DNA from: Verrucomicrobiota bacterium
GTDB taxonomy: Bacteria; Verrucomicrobiota; Verrucomicrobiia; Chthoniobacterales; UBA6821
Length of the DNA: 29,171 nt
Reading direction: 5' to 3'
Assembly (NCBI GenBank): GCA_008932965.1
Contig: WBXG01000016.1
Span: 1 to 29,171, forward strand
In this document: positions 15,766-23,888 of the stretch, in pieces
Layout of the letters: every line of letters starts with the position of its first letter
Position numbering within the stretch: position 1 is the first letter of the stretch
Translations under genes and position numbers: made by a program
Notes under the pieces: model-generated
Database searches by the model: none
What the model was told of the DNA's origin: nothing
What the model saw: only the letters and a program-made list of their open reading frames with translations

Positions 15766-17010
15766 ATGAGCTCTTCCGTTACGTTTGAACAACCTGATAC
15801 ACTTGCCCGCACGTTACAAGGTCTAGAACAAACATCCTCCGAACTTGGAGAAAAAATGTCACTTAACATGGGGCCTTCCCATCCTGCTACCCATGGTGTC
15901 TTAAGACTAGAGCTTGACCTTGATGGTGAAATTATTACCAAGGTTGTCACTCATATCGGCTACCTCCATCGAGGTGATGAAAAAATTGCAGAGAACATGA
16001 CTTACAATCAGTTCATTCCCTACACTGACCGACTCGACTACCTTGCTCCACTTGCCAATAATGTTGCCTACGCACTTGCTGTTGAAAAGCTTCTTGGATG
16101 GGAACTTCCTGCACGTGGAAAAACAATTCGTGTCATTTGCTGCGAATTAGCTCGGATCTCTGCCCACCTTCTTGGGATTGGTGCTGCTAGCATGGATATC
16201 GGAGCTCTTTCGATTTTCTTATACACCTTTGCGGAACGTGAAAAGATTTATAACCTCTGCGAGCTCCTTACTGGAGCACGCTTCACCACAAGCTACACGC
16301 GCGTGGGTGGACTCGTTCGTGATCTTCCTGAGGGCTTTGCCGAGCAGCTTAAAGAATTTTTAAAGAATTTTAAACCAACCCTCGAAGAAATTAATAATCT
16401 TCTCGCACGTAATCGTATTTTTGTGGACCGAACACGTGATCTTGGAATCATTTCCAAAAGTGATGCAATCAGCTATGCCTTAACTGGCCCTAATCTACGC
16501 GCTTCAGGAGTAGAGCACGATCTTCGCAAAGCAAATCCTTACCTCGACTATGAGCGTTATGATTTTGAAATTCCCACTGGAAGTGTTGGTGATTGTTATG
16601 ATCGCTACCTTGTTCGCATGGAGGAGATGCGTCAAAGTGTACGTATTCTAGAGCAAGCAATCCATTCTCTCCCCTCCGGGCCAATCAATGTGGTGGATGC
16701 TAAAAATATACCCCCAGGTAAGGAAGCGGTAATGGAAAAAATGGAAGAACTCATCCATCATTTTATTATTACTACCGAAGGAATCGATGCTCCAGCTGGA
16801 GAAATTTATTTTGGTGCTGAGAATCCCAAAGGAGAACTTGGTTTTTACATCAATAGCAAAGGGGGAGGAGTCCCCTATCGGCTTAAAATTCGTGGACCTT
16901 CTTTCATGAACTGTAGCATCCTTCAAAAGATACTTCCTGGGTGCATGATCTCTGATATTGTGGCCATTAATGGAAGTTTGGATTTTGTATTTGGAGAATG
17001 TGATCGTTAG
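15766..17010 (+). CDS. nuoD: NADH-quinone oxidoreductase subunit D (complex I 49-kDa subunit)
   Basis: 414 aa. LNMGPSHPATHGVLRL, YTDRLDYLAPLANN and C-terminal DFVFGECDR are NuoD hallmarks. The NiFe-hydrogenase cysteine motifs are absent. Confidence 0.9.
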   Translation: MSSSVTFEQPDTLARTLQGLEQTSSELGEKMSLNMGPSHPATHGVLRLELDLDGEIITKVVTHIGYLHRGDEKIAENMTYNQFIPYTDRLDYLAPLANNVAYALAVEKLLGWELPARGKTIRVICCELARISAHLLGIGAASMDIGALSIFLYTFAEREKIYNLCELLTGARFTTSYTRVGGLVRDLPEGFAEQLKEFLKNFKPTLEEINNLLARNRIFVDRTRDLGIISKSDAISYALTGPNLRASGVEHDLRKANPYLDYERYDFEIPTGSVGDCYDRYLVRMEEMRQSVRILEQAIHSLPSGPINVVDAKNIPPGKEAVMEKMEELIHHFIITTEGIDAPAGEIYFGAENPKGELGFYINSKGGGVPYRLKIRGPSFMNCSILQKILPGCMISDIVAINGSLDFVFGECDR

Positions 17011-17123
17011 TAGTCCAGATACCCATTCCATTCTTTAATAGGACTATTGCGGCTTGTTCTCTTGGTCCCTGACTTGGGTATTCATCCCAATCAATTGCTG
17101 AGACTGAGAAGAAAGAGGGATAC

Positions 17124-17155
17124 GGAGTCACGATTAGGATGAAATTTCCGGGTTA
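17124..17155. repeat. Solo right-type terminus of the MITE-like family (R9)
   Basis: GGAGTCACGATTAGGATGAAATTTCCGGGT-TA. Its reverse complement matches the canonical left arm ACCCGGATATTTCATACTGATCGTGAC at about 26/31 positions. Confidence 0.65.
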
Positions 17156-17249
17156 ACTTTTTGTTACCAAGATAATCTTTTTATGTTTGAGGATTGTGGT
17201 TCCTCTAAGAGTATGATTTCATAGTGAGCCGTTTTTCCTTAATTCGGGC

Positions 17250-17431
17250 TAGACCGCATATTTCATACTGGTTCGTCGCGAGGCGCCGCGAATCCTGATG
17301 CAGACAAGGAAGGTGATGGATTGCGACGACGGCTGTATGTTTTATACTGCCCAAGGAGCAATTCGAAGCTAACGCAGTATCCATCAGGTGTTCGCAAGCC
17401 GCAGCAGAATCGGTATGAAATAGGTGGGCTA
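17250..17431 (+). mobile_element. MITE-like element, copy R10 (182 bp, second subfamily)
   Basis: TA-GACCGCATATTTCATACTGG...GGTATGAAATAGGTGGGC-TA. The right half is about 93% identical to R1, and the whole element matches R3 in reverse. Confidence 0.9.
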
Positions 17432-17465
17432 AGACACTTCCTCTTATTTTTAATCATTTTTTATC

Positions 17466-18851
17466 ATGCATATAACTACAGAACAAAAAGAAAACTCTGT
17501 GTTGGATCTTCATATCGAGTTACCTCCTGAATACTTTAAAAAAGAGTGGAAGAAGATTGCTCAAGAGTATGTTCGATTAGCCCGTATTCCAGGATTTCGA
17601 AAAGGAAAGGCTCCCCTTAGTGCTATTGAAAAAAAATATGGTGCGGATATTGAGAAAGAAGCACTCCAAAAAACAATTGAATCAGCCTTGCGTGAAGTTA
17701 TTCGAGATAAGCAGTTCAACCTTGCTCAATATCCCGAGCTGAAAGAAAAGCAGCTTGAGAAGGATCATACCCTTCGTTTCACCGTAACTATTGTAATGAG
17801 TCCAGAGGTTGATCTACCAGAATATCGTGGGCTGTCTCTCTCCGTAGAAAAGGAAATGGTGAGTGATAAACGGCTGGAGGAATTATTAGAAAAAATGCGC
17901 AATGACTTTGCAGAATTTATCAATGTCGAAGAACGCGGGCTTGAGATGGGAGATTTTGCAGTATTGGATTATGATGCTACAGTTAATGGACAAGGGTTAC
18001 TCGAAATTGATTCCGAAATACCTTTAAGCTTTGTAGGTGGAAAAAATCGTTGGATGCAGTTAGCAGCACAATATCCTATCCCTGGACTTGCAGAGTCTCT
18101 TCTAGGATTAAAACCACAGGAATCACGGACCTCTTCTGTTACCTATCCCTCCGATTTCTCAGAAAAAGCTCTTCAATCCATTACAGTGACCTACGAAGTC
18201 ACACTACATGAAATTAAAAATCGCCAACCTGCACCCCTAGACGACACTCTTGCAGCTCGGGTTAAACCTGGCATGACACTGGAAGCGTTACGCCAAGAGA
18301 TGAGGGATCAATTGGTATCCTTTGTAGAACAACAATTTCAAACCAATCTTCGCTCCGCTCTTATTCAAGAATTACTCACAAAGATTCCATGTGAAGCTCC
18401 CACTCCCCTAGTGCAACAGGAGAGTCATTCTATCCTTGAGAAAATTATTCGCGAAAACCAATCACGTGGTGTTTCCGAGGAGGAAATTCGCTCTCATCAG
18501 CAAGAGCTCCTGGAGTCAGCTCAAAAAAGTGCAGATGAAAAGATGCGCCTTCATTTTATATTGAATGCTATTGCTGCTAAAGAAAAGATTGAGGTCACTC
18601 CTGAAGAATTCAATTCCTACCTTACTCTTCTTGCCGAGAGATATAAAATGACCCTTAAAAAACTCATTAGTGAGCTTCAAAAAAATCGGGCTCTTGGGGG
18701 TATTCAAGAAGAACTTCTTTTTAATAAGACCTTAGAATTTTTAACAACGCATTCAAACGTTACTGAAATTCCCTCCTCGAAAGAGACTGGAAAGTCCCAC
18801 ACCCATGATCATGCTCAACCTCATGTACATGGTCCTCACTGCAAGCACTAA
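17466..18851 (+). CDS. tig: Trigger factor with a His-rich C-terminal tail
   Basis: 461 aa. The TF signature IPGFRKGKAP sits in the N-terminal ribosome-binding domain. An FKBP-like middle domain is followed by clpP, as in many bacteria. Confidence 0.9.
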   Translation: MHITTEQKENSVLDLHIELPPEYFKKEWKKIAQEYVRLARIPGFRKGKAPLSAIEKKYGADIEKEALQKTIESALREVIRDKQFNLAQYPELKEKQLEKDHTLRFTVTIVMSPEVDLPEYRGLSLSVEKEMVSDKRLEELLEKMRNDFAEFINVEERGLEMGDFAVLDYDATVNGQGLLEIDSEIPLSFVGGKNRWMQLAAQYPIPGLAESLLGLKPQESRTSSVTYPSDFSEKALQSITVTYEVTLHEIKNRQPAPLDDTLAARVKPGMTLEALRQEMRDQLVSFVEQQFQTNLRSALIQELLTKIPCEAPTPLVQQESHSILEKIIRENQSRGVSEEEIRSHQQELLESAQKSADEKMRLHFILNAIAAKEKIEVTPEEFNSYLTLLAERYKMTLKKLISELQKNRALGGIQEELLFNKTLEFLTTHSNVTEIPSSKETGKSHTHDHAQPHVHGPHCKH

Positions 18852-18855
18852 TGAG

Positions 18856-18877
18856 TTCGGGCTAGACTGTATTCATG
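18856..18877. repeat. 22-bp end-TA-end junction relic of the MITE-like family (R11)
   Basis: TTCGGGC-TA-GACTGTATTCATG parallels 17243-17266 (TTCGGGC-TA-GACCGCATATTTCAT). Confidence 0.45.
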
Positions 18878-18945
18878 AAAACGATTACATCTTTACCGCT
18901 TGATTTTAACGAATTCCTTGGCTTCATCCCTAAATTTACTCATCT

Positions 18946-19563
18946 ATGTTAGTCCCCGTTGTTATTGAACAGTCTGGTCGTGGTGAACGCAGCTACGATA
19001 TCTACTCACGTCTTTTGAAAGACCGTATTATTTTCATCGGGACCTCTATTGATGATCATGTTGCTAATTTAGTGATCGCTCAAATGCTCTTCCTTCAAAT
19101 GGAAGATCCAAAAAAAGATATTCATCTTTACATTAACTCCCCAGGGGGCTCGGTAACTGCAGGTCTTGCTATCTATGACACCATGCAATTTGTCACTTGT
19201 GATGTGACGACCTACTGCATGGGAATGGCTGCGAGCATGGGAGCTGTGATCCTTGCCGCTGGCACCAAGGGAAAACGTTTTGCACTTCCCAATTCTGATA
19301 TCATGATCCACCAAGTCTCTGGTGGTGCCCAAGGAACCGCTAGTGATGTAGAACGAAGTGTTGAGTTTATGTACAAATTAAAACGGCGTCTCAATAGACT
19401 TCTGGCTCACCATACTGGAAAAGATGTTAAGGTAGTAGAGCATGATGCTGATCGTGACTATTACATGTCGGCTGAGGAAGCGTGTAAATATGGCCTTGTG
19501 GACAAAGTTGTCGAGTCACGTAAAGAACTCAAAAATCCACCAGAAAGCAGTGGAAAAAAATAG
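18946..19563 (+). CDS. clpP: ATP-dependent Clp protease proteolytic subunit
   Basis: 205 aa. [29 protein letters not shown], active-site context GMAASMGA and HQVSGG. Confidence 0.95.
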   Translation: MLVPVVIEQSGRGERSYDIYSRLLKDRIIFIGTSIDDHVANLVIAQMLFLQMEDPKKDIHLYINSPGGSVTAGLAIYDTMQFVTCDVTTYCMGMAASMGAVILAAGTKGKRFALPNSDIMIHQVSGGAQGTASDVERSVEFMYKLKRRLNRLLAHHTGKDVKVVEHDADRDYYMSAEEACKYGLVDKVVESRKELKNPPESSGKK

Positions 19564-19623
19564 TTTTTAATGAGTAGTGGGTGACCTCTTTCTAGGGCAT
19601 CCTCAAAAATAAATGGACTATAG

Positions 19624-19727
19624 GAAGCAGGCATTTTGCTGATGAGCGAGGAAGACTTCAAACTCAATGCAGTATTCATTTAGCTTCGTAGTTTCCTCGT
19701 CACAATCAGTATAAAATATCTGGATTA
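19624..19727 (+). repeat. 5'-truncated, internally deleted copy of the MITE-like family (R12)
   Basis: AAGCAGGCATTTTGCTGATGAGCGAGGAAGACTTCAAACTCAATGCAGTATTCAT...CAATCAGTATAAAATATCTGGAT-TA aligns with the right halves of R4 and R6. The central palindrome is missing. Confidence 0.65.
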
Positions 19728-19749
19728 GAAAAACAGGTGCCATTCCAAC

Positions 19750-20676
19750 ATGAAAAGCCACAATCCAACATCTCCAGAAGATTTTCTTTGGGGAGTGGAT
19801 ATTGGTGGCACAAAGATTGAGGCGGTCATTACCAATAAAAATGCCCCAGAACAGGCTCTTTATCGAAGGCGCGTTCCAACAGAACGTGATGGTGGATATA
19901 CGCATATTCTTAATCAGATTAGAAAGCTTGTTAAGGAAATGGAGACCCTCTCTGGCCAGAGGTCTCCCGATAAAATAGGATTTGGAACACCAGGCGTGAG
20001 TGATCCAACGACTGGTATTTTAAGAAATTCCAACACCATCTGTTTGAATGGCCAGAGGTTGGAACATGACCTTTCAGCGATTTTAGGTGTAGAGGCTCTC
20101 CTTGCTAATGATGCAAACTGCTTTGCGCTTGCAGAGACTTTATTAGGAGCAGCTCAAGGAAAAGAGGTTGTCATGGGCCTCATTCTTGGAACAGGAGTTG
20201 GCGGTGGTATCGTCATTCATGGACATGCGATTAGTGGGTTACACGGAATTGCTGGGGAATGGGGTCACAACACGATGCGGGGGGAGGAAGCTCCCTGTTA
20301 CTGTGGAAAAAAGGGATGTATCGAACAGGTTTTTTCAGGACCAGCATTAGAAAAGTTCTATTTGCATCAAAGCGGTCATGCTCTTACATTGCGTGATATT
20401 GTTAGCCAGGCAGGGTTAGGAGATTGGAAAGCTCAAGAAACCTTAGAACGATTGCAGGAAAAGTTTGCTGAAGCCATAGCGGGACCCATTAATATTATTG
20501 ATCCCGATGCTATCGTCATTGGTGGAGGAGTTGGCAACATCGACCTCCTCTACACCGATACTACTCGAGATAAAATCACCCAGCACATCTTTAATAATGA
20601 GCTTAAAACAGAACTCCTAAGACCGGCCTTAGGAGATAGTGCAGGTGTTTTTGGAGCAGCACTATTGGTAAGGTAA
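19750..20676 (+). CDS. ROK-family sugar kinase (NagK-like N-acetylglucosamine kinase or glucokinase)
   Basis: 308 aa. DIGGTKIE, NDANCFALAE, LGTGVGGG and the ROK zinc motif GEWGHNTMRGEEAPCYCGKKGCIEQ. Confidence 0.8.
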   Translation: MKSHNPTSPEDFLWGVDIGGTKIEAVITNKNAPEQALYRRRVPTERDGGYTHILNQIRKLVKEMETLSGQRSPDKIGFGTPGVSDPTTGILRNSNTICLNGQRLEHDLSAILGVEALLANDANCFALAETLLGAAQGKEVVMGLILGTGVGGGIVIHGHAISGLHGIAGEWGHNTMRGEEAPCYCGKKGCIEQVFSGPALEKFYLHQSGHALTLRDIVSQAGLGDWKAQETLERLQEKFAEAIAGPINIIDPDAIVIGGGVGNIDLLYTDTTRDKITQHIFNNELKTELLRPALGDSAGVFGAALLVR

Positions 20677-20700
20677 CACTAGCCTGCATCTAAAAAAATA

Positions 20701-21486
20701 TTATCGATACCGCTCTGCAATCCTTCTGATTTTGGTGGCACGCCCCGTCTCTTCCTCAATTTCTAGAAGCACTCCTAGGGCAATAGTAGGGCCTTCAGCA
20801 ATCGGGAATTTTTTTGGCATGGAAGTGAGGAATCTTTCTATAACGGCTTTGGGATCTCTCCCGAGAGAAGAATATTCTGGCCCACACATTCCAGCGTCGC
20901 ACAGAAAAGCAGTTCCATTGGCAAGGATTTGCTCATCTGCAGTAGGAACATGGGTATGTGTTCCTACAACACAGGAAACACTACCATCGAGGTAGTACCC
21001 CATCGCAATTTTTTCACTTGTAGTTTCGGCATGCATGTCGACAAGAATAACCGGAGTTTTTTGACGAAGCTGCTCCACCTCCTTTTTTGCCACAAGAAAT
21101 GGATTTTCAAGTGGGTTGTTCATAAATGTGCGACCTTGAAGATTCATCACAGCAATGGGTCCTTTTTCTGTCTCTAAAATGATACTTCCTGAACCAGGTG
21201 TACCTGGTGGATAATTAAGAGGGCGCAAGAGTCTCGGTTCTGTGTCTAGATAAGGTATGATTTCTTTTTGATCCCAGATATGATCACCACTAGTAATCAC
21301 AGCAATACCACTTCGCATGAGCTCAATGGCTAGCTTTGGAGTGATCCCCCTGCCTGCAGCAGCATTTTCGCCATTGGCTATTACAAAATCAGCATCTCCA
21401 CGAGTAAGATAAAGTTCTGCTGTGCGCGTGGCGGCTAACCTTCCTGGCTCTCCGACGATATCACCTAAAAAAAGAATTTTAATCAT
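20701..21486 (-). CDS. YmdB-family metallophosphoesterase (TIGR00282-type)
   Basis: 261 aa. MIKILFLGDIVGEPGR, NGENAAAGRGIT, SGDHIWD, DMHAETTSEK and GTHTHVPTAD. Confidence 0.8.
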   Translation of the reverse strand: MIKILFLGDIVGEPGRLAATRTAELYLTRGDADFVIANGENAAAGRGITPKLAIELMRSGIAVITSGDHIWDQKEIIPYLDTEPRLLRPLNYPPGTPGSGSIILETEKGPIAVMNLQGRTFMNNPLENPFLVAKKEVEQLRQKTPVILVDMHAETTSEKIAMGYYLDGSVSCVVGTHTHVPTADEQILANGTAFLCDAGMCGPEYSSLGRDPKAVIERFLTSMPKKFPIAEGPTIALGVLLEIEEETGRATKIRRIAERYR

Positions 21487-21539
21487 TGCTGATTTTTATA
21501 GAAAGTTTTCTTATGTGCGATCATAAATTCACGTTCATT

Positions 21540-22757
21540 ATGAATTTCTTTTGCTTTGTAGTACTACTTCTCTTTTCACCAGTCCTGCTGGCAACTACTC
21601 CCAAGGAACCTTGGACATCACCTCCCCGTTGGGCTTCTTTAGCGCGCTTCAACGATACCATCACTGCCACTGAGTTAGAAAAACTACTTCAAACTGTCTA
21701 TGTTCCCGATGGATCATGGAAATCGTGGATTACCATTACTCCTGAAACAGCCTTCATTAAGCCCTCCCCTGGAGAAGCACAACGTATCCAACTCTCACTG
21801 GCTGCTTCTCCTCAAGAATGTCAACCAGTACCACGTTATTGGAAAGCCCCTCAGGAACGATCCCCACTTCCTGGAAAACCACTAGCAGGGTTAACTATTG
21901 CACTCGATCCAGGTCATCTTGGTGGTGCTTGGGCAAAAATGGAGGAGAGGTGGTTTAAAATAGGACATACACATCCGGTTGAAGAGGGAACAATGACGTT
22001 CTATGAAGCTCTATTAATAGCAAACCGACTCAGAAGCTTAGGGGCGACTGTTCAACTCACCAAGACCCATTTGGGTCCCACAACACCACTTCGCCCATCA
22101 ATGCTGCGCCAAGCAGCTATTGATCAGTTTCATGAGGAGGGCCGTACCACTTGGACCCATCGGCAATTAAAATGGCTTGAAGAAATCCTTTTTTATCGAA
22201 CAGCAGAAATTCATTACCGTGCACAGCGTGTTAACCAAGAGCTTCGACCCGATTTAGTCATCTGTCTTCACTTTGATGCTGAGGAATGGGGAGATGCAAA
22301 GCATCCTCAACTAATCCCATCTAATCGCTTTCATATTCTTATTTCAGGTAATTTCAACGGAAGTGAATTACGTAAAGAAAATGATCGTTATATCATGCTA
22401 CGAAAACTCCTAGGACAGGTACATGATGAAGAAGTTGGCATTGCTAATGCTATTGCCAAGGCTTTTGAGGCGACAACATCCCTCCCTCCTTTTACCTACC
22501 ATAACCCTACTAAGGCACGACCTGCTTTGAAGGAAAATCCCTATCTTTGGAATCGTAATTTACTTGCTTCTCGTCTCATGGAAGCTCCTGTTATTTTTTG
22601 TGAAGCCTATTCCATGAATGATCCATTGATTTTTCAACGCATTCAACTAGGAGACTATGATGGCACCCGTCTGATCCAAGGAAAAAAATTTCCAAGTATC
22701 TATCGCGAGTATGCCGATGCGGTAACTCAGGGGCTGGTGAATTATTTTGGAAAGTAA
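21540..22757 (+). CDS. Secreted N-acetylmuramoyl-L-alanine amidase-like protein (divergent Amidase_3)
   Basis: The ATG at 21540 gives a signal-peptide-like N-terminus, MNFFCFVVLLLFSPVLLA. Motifs are IALDPGHLGG, DLVICLHFDA and APVIFCEAYSMNDP. The ORF track's TTG start at 21486 is less plausible. Confidence 0.6.
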   Translation: MNFFCFVVLLLFSPVLLATTPKEPWTSPPRWASLARFNDTITATELEKLLQTVYVPDGSWKSWITITPETAFIKPSPGEAQRIQLSLAASPQECQPVPRYWKAPQERSPLPGKPLAGLTIALDPGHLGGAWAKMEERWFKIGHTHPVEEGTMTFYEALLIANRLRSLGATVQLTKTHLGPTTPLRPSMLRQAAIDQFHEEGRTTWTHRQLKWLEEILFYRTAEIHYRAQRVNQELRPDLVICLHFDAEEWGDAKHPQLIPSNRFHILISGNFNGSELRKENDRYIMLRKLLGQVHDEEVGIANAIAKAFEATTSLPPFTYHNPTKARPALKENPYLWNRNLLASRLMEAPVIFCEAYSMNDPLIFQRIQLGDYDGTRLIQGKKFPSIYREYADAVTQGLVNYFGK

Positions 22758-22821
22758 ATTATAATTTGCAAATAGCCATTATTTAACTGCAAAAGCAAAG
22801 TATAGTTTTTTTTCATAACCG

Positions 22822-23025
22822 ATGATTGAAATTCGATTTGCTAGTCACGATGACCTTCCTAGATTGTTTTCATTGATGGCTTTTTTGGAAGAGATTGATA
22901 AAGAATCTGGTTCTGTCATCATTGACCTCTACACAGGCTTGAGACATGCCAAAAATGGTACTCGTGAGTTTTATAAAAAACTTGGTTATGGCAATCAAGG
23001 CCTCATGGCCAAGCTCTATTTATGA
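22822..23025 (+). pseudogene. Internally deleted GNAT acetyltransferase remnant
   Basis: The 67-aa ORF keeps a GNAT-like N-terminus (IEIRFASHDDLPRLFSLM) and C-terminus (REFYKKLGY). The central acetyl-CoA-binding core of about 80 aa is missing. Confidence 0.4.
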
Positions 23026-23069
23026 AAAGAGATCCATCTATAAATTCTCTAGCCTCTAGTCCATTCACC

Positions 23070-23876
23070 ATGCCTACAAAAATCATTGCCGTTGCAAATC
23101 AAAAAGGAGGCGTTGGCAAGACAACAACGACCATCAATCTTGCTGCGGCACTTGCTGAGCAAGGTCTCTCTATTTTGCTCATCGATCTCGACCCTCAGGC
23201 TAATGCCTCCAGCGTTCTTGGCAATAAAGAGACCCAGGAAGGGGGGCTCTATCGTGGGCTCATGGGCGAGGTTCCTATGCGTGATCTTATTGAATCAACC
23301 CGTTTGCCCCATCTTGCGCTCCTTTCAGCAGATCTAGAATTAGCAGGTGCTGAAATTGATATCGCTCGACTTGAACAACATTTGATCCAACTCAAATCAA
23401 TGCTAGCAGAGGTAAAAGAGTCAGGTCGTTTTTCCTATATTTTTATCGACTCTCCTCCATCACTTGGAGTGCTTATGTCCAATGCTCTCACTGCTGCTGA
23501 TGAAGTTTTAATTCCTATTCAATGTGAATACTATGCTCTTGAAGGCCTTGGAAAGCTCGTTGGGGTGATGGATCAACTCCGTCACACGGGAATCAATCCC
23601 ACACTTGCAATGACAGGACTTCTCATGACCATGTTTGATGTGCGTACCAACTTAAGCTCTGCTGTTGCTAAAGATGTGCGCACACATTTTCAAGAAGTGG
23701 TTTTTGAAACAGTGATTCCACGATCCATTCGTATGAGTGAGGCTCCCAGTTTTGGTCAGACAATTTTAGAATATGATCCTAAAGGTCCTGGGGCTCTTGC
23801 CTATCGGGCTCTGGCCGCAGAGTTTTTAAAGCGTCAAGAACAGGGCATCTCTTTTGTGGGAGCAGCCTCTTCTTAA
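23070..23876 (+). CDS. parA: ParA/Soj-family partitioning ATPase
   Basis: Deviant Walker A KIIAVANQKGGVGKTTTTINLA, then LLIDLDPQANAS and IFIDSPPSLG. The start was placed at the ATG at 23070 (MPTKIIAV). Confidence 0.9.
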   Translation: MPTKIIAVANQKGGVGKTTTTINLAAALAEQGLSILLIDLDPQANASSVLGNKETQEGGLYRGLMGEVPMRDLIESTRLPHLALLSADLELAGAEIDIARLEQHLIQLKSMLAEVKESGRFSYIFIDSPPSLGVLMSNALTAADEVLIPIQCEYYALEGLGKLVGVMDQLRHTGINPTLAMTGLLMTMFDVRTNLSSAVAKDVRTHFQEVVFETVIPRSIRMSEAPSFGQTILEYDPKGPGALAYRALAAEFLKRQEQGISFVGAASS

Positions 23877-23888
23877 AAAAAAGAACCA

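Noticed and set aside
17263-17530. ORFs 17263..17457 (-) and 17321..17530 (+)
   Set aside because: Both lie within repeat copy R10, and the second runs into the tig start. They are repeat-derived open frames.
1-19727. Possibility that the repeats are a CRISPR array
   Set aside because: The copies are 180-350 bp long, dispersed over 20 kb, imperfect, internally palindromic and in both orientations. There are no short, regularly spaced direct repeats or spacers.
20678-20692. CACTAGCCTGCATCT resembling an element terminus (compare the reverse complement of R5)
   Set aside because: Only about 11 nt match, which is too short to distinguish from chance.
21486-21539. TTG start at 21486 (and ATG at 21513) for the amidase-like gene
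   Set aside because: The start at 21486 would overlap the ymdB start codon on the other strand and would place 18 residues ahead of a typical signal peptide. The ATG at 21540 gives a canonical signal sequence. The choice remains unproven.
22436-22451. Sigma-54-like motif TGGCAT-N5-ATGCT (GG-N10-GC spacing correct)
   Set aside because: It lies inside the amidase coding region, about 370 nt from the next start codon, and deviates from consensus at key positions.
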